From Thermoleophilia bacterium UBA2241 (GTDB lineage: Bacteria > Actinomycetota > Thermoleophilia > UBA2241), in contig DDYF01000034.1 of the NCBI GenBank assembly GCA_002347645.1, positions 1,907-65,906 on the forward strand: a DNA stretch of 64,000 bases. Direction: 5' to 3'. Of this stretch, positions 26,158 to 33,479 are shown piece by piece; position 1 is the stretch's first letter; each line of letters begins with the position of its first letter. Position numbers and translations under genes: made by a program. The notes under the pieces are model-generated. The model was not told the DNA's origin. It ran no database searches and saw nothing but the letters and a program-made list of their open reading frames with translations.

Positions 26158-28263
26158 ATGGCTGCTCAGAAGAAGACGGTCGCCGTCGTCGGCGACGTGA
26201 CGATCGACTGGATGGTGATGAACCCCGGCGGCGCGCCGTCGATGATCGAGTACCCCGACATCTGGGGGAGCTACCTGTGCCGCGCCGCGGCGCAGCCGGG
26301 CGGAGCGGCGATGCTGGCCGCACTGCTGGAGGCGCTTGTCGCCGGCGACCCTGCGCTCGCGAAGACGTACCGCGTCACGGGTCCGGCGGTGCCGTCGCGA
26401 GCGCTCGCCTCGCCGGCCTACGACGGCCTCAACCTCACGTGGACCTCGTGGGCCCTGCACCCGCGGAGCCTGGCCGAGAAGAAGGCGTTCGCTTGGCGCA
26501 TGGTCAGCTTCTGGGGGCAGAGCGGTCCCGAGGGCGCCGGCGACCTCGGGCAGGTCTACCCGGCGGACGGGTCGGCGCCGGCGATCCTCGCCGTGGACGA
26601 TTCGCGGCTGGGCTTCCGCGACGCCGAGCAGGTCTGGTCGCGCCTCGTCGAGGCCCAGGAACCGCCGCGGGCGGTGGTGCTCAAGATGACGGCGCCGCTG
26701 ACGACCGGCCCGTTGTGGCAGCGGCTTAGCGCGAGCCACGCGGACGCGCTCACGGTGGTCGTACCGGTCAACGACCTGCGCAAGGGCAGCGTGCAGGTCG
26801 GGAATCCGTTGTCGTGGGAGCGGACGGCGCAGGAGATCGACGTCGCCGTGCGCTCGACGGGTCTGATCAAGGCCGCGCGAGTCGTCGTCAATCTCGGTCC
26901 CGCCGGAGTGATGCTGGTCGAGCGCGACGGCGGGTTCACCCTCGTGTTCGACCCGCGCGCCCAGGAGGGTGACTGGGAGAAGCAGCACCCCGGGCTGGTC
27001 CTGGGCTACGCGACCTGCGTGTCCGCCGCGCTGGTGCTCGACGCCCTGCGCGGAGGCGACGATCCGTCGCTCCTGCTCGATCAGAGCATCCAGGCCATGC
27101 GCGCACTGCACTCAGAGGGATACGACGTGGTCGACGCCGGAGGCGCGCCGATGAGCGTCGACGACGCCAAGGACGCGCGGCGCGTGCACGGGCTTCGCTT
27201 TCCGTACGGGGCGGTCGCGGCTGCCTTTGCCGGCGACCGTCCCGCCGCGTTCGCCCAGCTTCATCTGCCCGAGGCACCGAAGACCGGGTCCAGCATCCTC
27301 GTCCAGTCCTTGGGCGAGCGGGACCTCGCTGCCGTCGCCTGTCAGGCCGCCGTGGCGGGACCCGAGAGCCTGCCCTCAGGCATCCCCGTCGAGGCCGTCG
27401 GCAAGTGGTCGTCGGTCGACCGCAGCGAGATCGAGGGCATGCGCGCCGTGCGCAACATCATGGCCGGCTACATCGCGGACTTCCTGCGCGGCGCGCGCCT
27501 CGAGCGCCCGCTCTCCATCGCCGTCTTCGGCCCGCCCGGCGCCGGCAAGTCGTTCGCCGTCAAGCAGATCGCGAAGGTCCTGCTGCCCGGCAGGCTGGAG
27601 ACGGTCACCTTCAACCTGTCGCAGTCGCGCTCCGAGGACGAGCTGCCGCAGGCCTTCCACCAGGTCCGCGACATGGTGCTCAAGCAGGCGCTGCCGCTCG
27701 TGTTCTGGGACGAGTTCGATACGCCGTTGGCCGGTGAGCGCCTAGGGTGGCTCCGCTACTTCCTCGCCCCGATGCAGGACGGGGAGTTCCGCGAGGCCGG
27801 GGCGTTCCACCCGGTCGGGCCGGCGATCTTCGTCTTCGCCGGCGGCACGTGCTCCACGCTCCAGCAGTTCGCCGAGACGCGCGACGAGGAGGCCGAGAAG
27901 GCGGCCAAGAAGCCCGACTTCCTGAGCCGGCTCAAGGGCTACGTCAATGTGTTCGGTCCCAACCCCGTCGGTCCGGACGACGTGGCCTTCATGCTTCGTC
28001 GCGCGCTCCTGCTGCGCGGCATGCTCACGGGCAAGGCGCCGCAGCTGTTCCAGAGAGGCAAGCTCCAGATCGACGACGGTCTGCTGCGCGCCTTCATCGG
28101 GATCGATCGCTACCGGAACGGCGCACGGTCCATGGAGGCGATCATCGACACCAGCGCCCTCGGCGGCAGGCTGCTCTACGAGCGCTCCAGCCTGCCGCCG
28201 GAAGGTCAGCTCGCGCTGCAGGTCGACGCGCGCGCGTTCCTGGATCTCATGGAGCGCGCGTGA
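26158..28263 (+). CDS. fusion of a degenerate PfkB/ribokinase-like domain with a classical AAA+ ATPase module
   Basis: 701-aa ORF. The N-half has KTVAVVGDVTIDWMV and GGAAMLAALLEAL. The site where PfkB kinases carry DTxGAGD reads QHPGLVLGYATCVSAAL. The C-half has Walker A VFGPPGAGKSFAVKQ and Walker B PLVFWDEFD. Confidence 0.8.
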   Translation: MAAQKKTVAVVGDVTIDWMVMNPGGAPSMIEYPDIWGSYLCRAAAQPGGAAMLAALLEALVAGDPALAKTYRVTGPAVPSRALASPAYDGLNLTWTSWALHPRSLAEKKAFAWRMVSFWGQSGPEGAGDLGQVYPADGSAPAILAVDDSRLGFRDAEQVWSRLVEAQEPPRAVVLKMTAPLTTGPLWQRLSASHADALTVVVPVNDLRKGSVQVGNPLSWERTAQEIDVAVRSTGLIKAARVVVNLGPAGVMLVERDGGFTLVFDPRAQEGDWEKQHPGLVLGYATCVSAALVLDALRGGDDPSLLLDQSIQAMRALHSEGYDVVDAGGAPMSVDDAKDARRVHGLRFPYGAVAAAFAGDRPAAFAQLHLPEAPKTGSSILVQSLGERDLAAVACQAAVAGPESLPSGIPVEAVGKWSSVDRSEIEGMRAVRNIMAGYIADFLRGARLERPLSIAVFGPPGAGKSFAVKQIAKVLLPGRLETVTFNLSQSRSEDELPQAFHQVRDMVLKQALPLVFWDEFDTPLAGERLGWLRYFLAPMQDGEFREAGAFHPVGPAIFVFAGGTCSTLQQFAETRDEEAEKAAKKPDFLSRLKGYVNVFGPNPVGPDDVAFMLRRALLLRGMLTGKAPQLFQRGKLQIDDGLLRAFIGIDRYRNGARSMEAIIDTSALGGRLLYERSSLPPEGQLALQVDARAFLDLMERA

Positions 28264-28844
28264 GCGTCGCCGATCGGGCGGACAGCGCCCCGGCGCCGGT
28301 GCCGGCGGACGGGAAACCGGCGCCGGGCGACGCGCGGGTCATCCGCGTCGGCGTGACCGGCCACCGGACGTTCGACGACCCCTGTGGGGCGGCGCGTCGC
28401 GTGCGCGAGGGCCTGCGCCGCGTGCTCGCCCTGGCCGGCGACGAGGGCGACGGCGCCCGTGCACGGCTCGAGATGATCTCGGCGCTCGCCGAGGGTGCCG
28501 ACCGGCTCGTCGCCCGCGAGGCGCTGGCGCTGCCGGGCACGACCCTGTCCGTCGTGCTGCCGTTCACGGCGGACGACTACGCGCGCGACTTCGAGACAGA
28601 GGAGTCGAAGCGGGAGTTCGCCGAGCTCCTCGCAAGGGCGCAGGACGTCGAGGTGATGCCTGCCACGCCCACGCGTGAGGCCGGCTACGAGATGCAGGGG
28701 CGCCGCATCGCCGACCGAAGCGACGTTCTCGTCGCCGTGTGGGACGGCGAGGGTTCTCGCGGGCAGGGCGGCACGGCGGAGATCGTCGCCTACGCCGCCG
28801 AGAATGGCGCCCTGCTGATGTGGGTCAGGGTGCAGCGGCCCTGA
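28260..28844 (+). CDS. SLOG-superfamily (LOG/DprA/YpsA-like Rossmannoid) protein
   Basis: GTG at 28260 overlaps the upstream TGA. IRVGVTGHR...ISALAEGADRLVAREAL...LSVVLPFTADDY..DF...SDVLVAVWDGEGSRGQGGTAEIVAYA follows the YpsA/SLOG motif order as I remember it. Confidence 0.65.
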   Translation: MSVADRADSAPAPVPADGKPAPGDARVIRVGVTGHRTFDDPCGAARRVREGLRRVLALAGDEGDGARARLEMISALAEGADRLVAREALALPGTTLSVVLPFTADDYARDFETEESKREFAELLARAQDVEVMPATPTREAGYEMQGRRIADRSDVLVAVWDGEGSRGQGGTAEIVAYAAENGALLMWVRVQRP

Positions 28845-28870
28845 GAACGGTGGGCGACGACGAGGCACAG

Positions 28871-30730
28871 ATGACGAGCGCCGCGACGTCGGGGGCGGCG
28901 CGCGGCCCCGGGGCGGAGGGCGAAATCGCGCCGCGTCGCGCGGCACGGCCCCGGCGCCTGCGCGACGTCGTGCGCCGGACGCAGTGGCCGGCGGTCGTGG
29001 CGGCCGCCGCCGTCGCGCTCGTGCTCGGCTACGCCGGCTTCGTACGCTACATCGAGGCGGCTGGCGAGTCGCCCACCTTCTGGGACATCCTCTATCGTGA
29101 CCTGCAGCTTTTCACGATGGAGTCCGGCTCGGTGAGCGGCTGGGTGCCGTGGGAGCTGCAGGTCGCGCGCTTCCTCGCCCCTGCCGTGACCATGGTGACC
29201 GCGGTCGCCGCGATCGCGGCGCTCCTCAGCGAGCGTCTGAGCCTCGCCCGCCTGCGCTTCGTGAGCGACCACACCGTGATCTGCGGGTTGGGGCGCAAGG
29301 GACTGCGCGTCGCCGAGGCGCTTGCCGACCGGTCCGAGCGGGTCGTCGTTATCGAGAACGACGAGCTCAACGACCACGTCGAGCGGCTGCGCGAGCGCGG
29401 GATCACCGTCCTCCTGGGCGACGCCGCCGACCCGCAGCTCCTGCGCCGGGCCCGCGCCGGCCGCGCGAAGCGCGTGCTCGCGGTCTGTGGCGACGACGCC
29501 GTCAACGCCGAGGTGGCGCTGCGCTGCCGGGAGCTGAGCCGCGAGAGCAGCGGGTCGGCGCTGGACTGCCACGTGCACATCGTCGACGGCGACCTCTGCC
29601 GCCTGCTGAAGGAGCAGGAACTGCGCGGCTCCGGCGAGGACCTCATGCGCCTCGAGTTCTTCAACGTCTTCGAGAGCGGCGCCCGCATCCTCGTCCGCCA
29701 GTACCCGCCGTTCGCACGTGAGGACGCGACGGCCGTCGGCCCGACGCCGCACGTGCTCGTCGTTGGGTGCGGGAACATGGGCAGCAACGTCGTGGCGCGC
29801 TGCGCCCGGGATTGGTGGCGCGCGGGTGCCGGGAGCGAGCGTCGCCTGACGGTCACGGTGGTCGACCGGGAGGCGCGTGCGAGGTGCGCGGCCATGGAGA
29901 CGCGATGGCCGCGTCTCGTCGAGTCGTGCGAGCTGGTCCGCGCCCCGATGGACGTGACCTCGGCGGCGTTCGAGCGCGGCGAGTTCCTTGAGGGCAACGC
30001 CGAGGGCCGTCCGCCGGTGAGCATTGCCTACGTCTGCCTCGACGACGAGTCGCGCGCGCTCAGCGCGGCACTCGTCCTGCATCGCCGCACGCGGCACCGC
30101 CCGCTGCCCGTCGTCGTGCGCATGGCGTTCGACACCGGGCTGGCCAGCCTCGCCGCCGGCGCTGGCGGCTTCCCCGGGTTGTCCGGTTTCGCCGTCATCA
30201 GTTGGGTCTGCGAGCCCGACCGCCTCTTCGCGGGGACGCACGAGACGATCGCCCGCGCGATGCACCGGAGTTACTCGGCCGAGCAGCTCTCACTCGGGGA
30301 GACGGAGAGCACCAACCCGGCGATGGTGTCCTGGGAGCGCCTGTCGGAGGAGTACCGCGAGTCGAACCGCCGCCAGGCCGACCAAGCGGTCGTCAGGCTC
30401 GGCGCCGTGGGTTGCGACATCGCGCCCTTGTCCGACTGGGAGGCAGAGCGGTTCACGTTCACCGAGCGCGAGATCGACGACATGGCGCGTATCGAGCACG
30501 AGCGCTGGCGCGAGGAGCGCCGCGCGGCGAAGTGGACGTACGCCCCAGGTCCCAAGGACGGCGCGCGCAAGACCAATCCGCTCCTGGTCAGCTGGGACGA
30601 CCTCCCCAAGAAGGTCAAGGAGGAGAACCGCGTCATCGTACGCGAGCTACCACACTACCTCGCGGACGTGGGACTGCAGGTCGTCCGGCTCGCTGCGCCG
30701 GACGCCGCCTCGGCGGACACGACCCGCTGA
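28871..30730 (+). CDS. membrane protein: 2 TM helices, RCK/TrkA_N NAD-binding domain, and two C-terminal RyR-type repeats
   Basis: ATG at residue 45 of ORF 28739..30730. Hydrophobic WPAVVAAAAVALVLGYAGF and APAVTMVTAVAAIAALL. HTVICGLGRKGLRVAEALADRSERVVVIEND is a GxGxxG Rossmann motif. IARAMHRSY...NPAMVSWERLSEEYRESNR and MARIEHERWREER...NPLLVSWDDLPKKVKEENR are the RyR-type repeats. Confidence 0.8.
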   Translation: MTSAATSGAARGPGAEGEIAPRRAARPRRLRDVVRRTQWPAVVAAAAVALVLGYAGFVRYIEAAGESPTFWDILYRDLQLFTMESGSVSGWVPWELQVARFLAPAVTMVTAVAAIAALLSERLSLARLRFVSDHTVICGLGRKGLRVAEALADRSERVVVIENDELNDHVERLRERGITVLLGDAADPQLLRRARAGRAKRVLAVCGDDAVNAEVALRCRELSRESSGSALDCHVHIVDGDLCRLLKEQELRGSGEDLMRLEFFNVFESGARILVRQYPPFAREDATAVGPTPHVLVVGCGNMGSNVVARCARDWWRAGAGSERRLTVTVVDREARARCAAMETRWPRLVESCELVRAPMDVTSAAFERGEFLEGNAEGRPPVSIAYVCLDDESRALSAALVLHRRTRHRPLPVVVRMAFDTGLASLAAGAGGFPGLSGFAVISWVCEPDRLFAGTHETIARAMHRSYSAEQLSLGETESTNPAMVSWERLSEEYRESNRRQADQAVVRLGAVGCDIAPLSDWEAERFTFTEREIDDMARIEHERWREERRAAKWTYAPGPKDGARKTNPLLVSWDDLPKKVKEENRVIVRELPHYLADVGLQVVRLAAPDAASADTTR

Positions 30731-30776
30731 CGCCCGTGCGCGGCCGCAGTCGATCGAGCTCCGAGACGGCGGCGGC

Positions 30777-33290
30777 GTGAGCTCGAATCGAGGTCTCGTC
30801 ACCCTGATCTCCCTCGTGCTGTTGGGCCTTGGGTCGGGGTTCGGCGCCCTGGCCGGCAGTGTCGTCGTCGGCCTGCTCGTGGGCGCCGGGTTCATCCTCG
30901 TGTGGTTGGGCTGCGGTGCCGTGGAGATACGCGCCTACGGCCGCGCCTGGTTCGCGATCGGCGCCGGCGTGGTCTCGACGGTCGACGCCATGTGGCTCGG
31001 CGACATGGCCGGCCGCTGGCTGTGGCTGCCGGCCCTGCTCGTGATGGGCGTGGCGATCGCCGTCGCCGGCAGCAGCGCGTGGAACGACAGCCGCCGCCAC
31101 GGCGAGGCGCTGGTCGCCCTCGGCATCCTCGTCATGGTCTTCGCCGTCCTGGCGCCGATCGTCGTCTATCCGTCCCTCGCGGGACCGACGGAGGCGGCCG
31201 GGGGTGGGTCGGGCGCGTTCAGCGCCGCCGACGGCCTGTCGGCCGTCGGCGGCGCCCTCCGCGAGGCGGCCACCTCGCTCTGGGGGTGGATCGACCTTGC
31301 CGCCCTTGTGCTGATCGGCCTCGCTTCTTGGCGCCGCGCCGGCGCCGAGCTCGCCCCAGCGCTGGCCGTGGCCGCCGTCTTCATTGCCGGGGGGGTCTCC
31401 GCCGGCGCCGGGGAGACCGTCGCCGCTGCGGCCGGGGCCAGCCCGGCGTCGTGGCTCAAGGATCTGCTGCTCGCCTCGGACGAGCACTTGGGCTCGGCAG
31501 GATGGGGGGTCCTCGCCCTGAGCGCCGGTGTCGTGCTCGCGTCGCTGCCGGTCCTGCGCAAGCTCGTGGTCATGAACCAGGTCGCCGTCGCCGCGAGTCG
31601 CGCCGAGGGGAGCGACGCCGTTGCGGTTGCCCGCTTCGTGACGCTCGAGGGATACGGCACCGGTTGGTCGTCCGTCATCGTCCTGGCCTACGAGATCCTG
31701 TACATCGGCACGGCGGCGATGCTCTGGGTGGGCCTCCGGTGGGCCGCCGGCGACGCGAGCGCGCTGCCCTTCGACGTCATCCGCATCCCCGACCTGGCGG
31801 TGCCCAGCTTCCGTCCGGTGTGGGAGGTCTCGTACTTCTCGCTGGCCGTCATCCTGGGCGCCTCCGCCGTGCTCACCGGGCGCGTCTTCGCCCGCATCTC
31901 GGTGTCGAAGCGCGTGCCCGTCTTCACGAGCCCCGTGTGGCAGATGGGCATCGCCATCTTGGCGGCCTTCGTGGCGCCGGCAGGGGTCCTGCTTTACGGC
32001 ATCGGCATCACGTGGCTGCAGACTGGGGCGGTGCTGTCTCCGGGCAAGCCCGCGCGTCTGCTGCACGACGAGAGGTACGCCACGGGCGTGTCCGGCACGC
32101 TGGGCACGAACGTCATCATGCCATCGAGCGGCAGCGAGCCGTCCGCAAAGACGACCGGCGCAGGTGCGGGGACGGCCACGGGCGACTCCGCCGCGACGGC
32201 GGCGGGCGGCGGAAGCCCTGCCTCAGGGTCTCCGGGCGCGGAGGGCGAAGGGAGCGGAGCGATGGGCGGAGGGTTCGACGACAAGCCGATCTGGGAGCGG
32301 AACGACGCGGACGAGCGCCCGATCTGGGCGGAGGCGGATGCGCCCGGCGGGGACACCGGCGACGGCGGCGCGGCAGGCGGCGCGGCCGCCGCGGGCGAGC
32401 CGTCACCACCTGCCGTCACGCCGCTGTTCGACGCCGGACCGCTCGTCGACATCGCACGCATCGGCGAGGACGACTACGTGGTCCTGAGTGAGGAGGGCGA
32501 CATCACCCTCTTCCGCCGCGGATCGGCCGTCTGCGACAAGCGCGTGGCCGTTGTGAGGCCCCTCGGGCTGGGCCCGATCCCCCAGTGCCGCGCTGCGTTC
32601 GTCGACGGTGGCGGCCGGGTCCTCGACCTGTCCTTCAGTGACGAGACCGACGACGACGACCGAGGGATCGCTGCCGTCAGGGTGCAGCATTCGGGTGTGA
32701 TCGAGGAGGCGACGTGCTTCGCCGTGAGCCCGTCGGGCGCGCTGGTCGTGACCGGCGGCGGAGAGAAGGCGCAGGTGACGGGGTTCTTCCTCACGAGTGA
32801 GATCGCCCGTGTCCTGTTCAAGGGCGTCGAGCCGGCGACGGCGCTCGGCTTCTCGCCGGACGGCCGCGTACTGGCCGTCGGATCGGCGAGCGGCGACGTC
32901 CACTTGGTGGACGTCGGCGGTCAAGGTGTCGTGGCCGTCCTCAGTGCCGGCCGGGCGTCGGGTCGCGGGGTCGTGGCGGTCACTGGTGCTCCGGACGACA
33001 GCTGGCTCGTCGCCAGCGACGACGAGCGAGTCGCGGTGTGGCGTGGAGGCGAGCCGCTGCGCAGTGTCGACGCTGGAGGAGAGATCACCGCCCTGACGGC
33101 CGACGGCGATGCAGGCACCGTGGCCGTCGGGACGGCGTTCGGACTCGTCCGGGTCCTGGGCGCCGACCTCGGGACCCAGCTTGCCCAGGAGCGGCCGTTC
33201 GCCGCCGAGGTCCGCCGCATCGTGTGGGTCGACGACGCCGTAGTGTGCGCGGCGGTGGATGGCCGCATCCGGCGCATCAGATTGAAGTGA
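30777..33290 (+). CDS. polytopic membrane protein (about 10 or more TM helices) with a Gly/Ala/Ser-rich linker and a C-terminal WD-like beta-propeller
   Basis: GTG at residue 252 of ORF 30024..33290, just after the upstream stop at 30730. The N-terminal ~420 aa is a run of hydrophobic helices. The linker contains DDKPIWERNDADERPIWAE. The C-terminus has blades such as LGFSPDGRVLAVGSASGDVHLVDV and VDGRIRRIRL. Confidence 0.7.
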   Translation: MSSNRGLVTLISLVLLGLGSGFGALAGSVVVGLLVGAGFILVWLGCGAVEIRAYGRAWFAIGAGVVSTVDAMWLGDMAGRWLWLPALLVMGVAIAVAGSSAWNDSRRHGEALVALGILVMVFAVLAPIVVYPSLAGPTEAAGGGSGAFSAADGLSAVGGALREAATSLWGWIDLAALVLIGLASWRRAGAELAPALAVAAVFIAGGVSAGAGETVAAAAGASPASWLKDLLLASDEHLGSAGWGVLALSAGVVLASLPVLRKLVVMNQVAVAASRAEGSDAVAVARFVTLEGYGTGWSSVIVLAYEILYIGTAAMLWVGLRWAAGDASALPFDVIRIPDLAVPSFRPVWEVSYFSLAVILGASAVLTGRVFARISVSKRVPVFTSPVWQMGIAILAAFVAPAGVLLYGIGITWLQTGAVLSPGKPARLLHDERYATGVSGTLGTNVIMPSSGSEPSAKTTGAGAGTATGDSAATAAGGGSPASGSPGAEGEGSGAMGGGFDDKPIWERNDADERPIWAEADAPGGDTGDGGAAGGAAAAGEPSPPAVTPLFDAGPLVDIARIGEDDYVVLSEEGDITLFRRGSAVCDKRVAVVRPLGLGPIPQCRAAFVDGGGRVLDLSFSDETDDDDRGIAAVRVQHSGVIEEATCFAVSPSGALVVTGGGEKAQVTGFFLTSEIARVLFKGVEPATALGFSPDGRVLAVGSASGDVHLVDVGGQGVVAVLSAGRASGRGVVAVTGAPDDSWLVASDDERVAVWRGGEPLRSVDAGGEITALTADGDAGTVAVGTAFGLVRVLGADLGTQLAQERPFAAEVRRIVWVDDAVVCAAVDGRIRRIRLK

Positions 33291-33322
33291 CGGGGGGCGG
33301 GCCGTGAGGCCCGCCCCCCGTC
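33289..33322. terminator. perfect 15-bp GC hairpin after the membrane-propeller gene (convergent with cooS)
   Basis: GACGGGGGGCGGGCC-GTGA-GGCCCGCCCCCCGTC starts inside the TGA stop at 33288-90. Confidence 0.6.
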
Positions 33323-33388
33323 GCAGGTACTGTGCGACCGGCGCCGTGCGGCGCGGTCGCCGTGCGAGGCGTCGGCGTGGTGTGCGGG

Positions 33389-33422
33389 TCAGATCCCGAG
33401 CGCCTCCCGCTTGCTCGCGATG
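33389..33422 (-). repeat. 34-nt duplicate of the cooS 3' end (32/34 identical to 33480-33513)
   Basis: tcagatcccgagcgcctcccgcttgctcgcgatg versus tcagatgcccagcgcctcccgcttgctcgcgatg. The copy would encode ..FIASKREALGI* against the cooS tail ..HIASKREALGI*. Confidence 0.7.
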
Positions 33423-33479
33423 AAGGGAGCGCCCCTCGCGGAGCGCCCCCAGCATCGTCCGGCGGCGTCTGCGCTGGGC

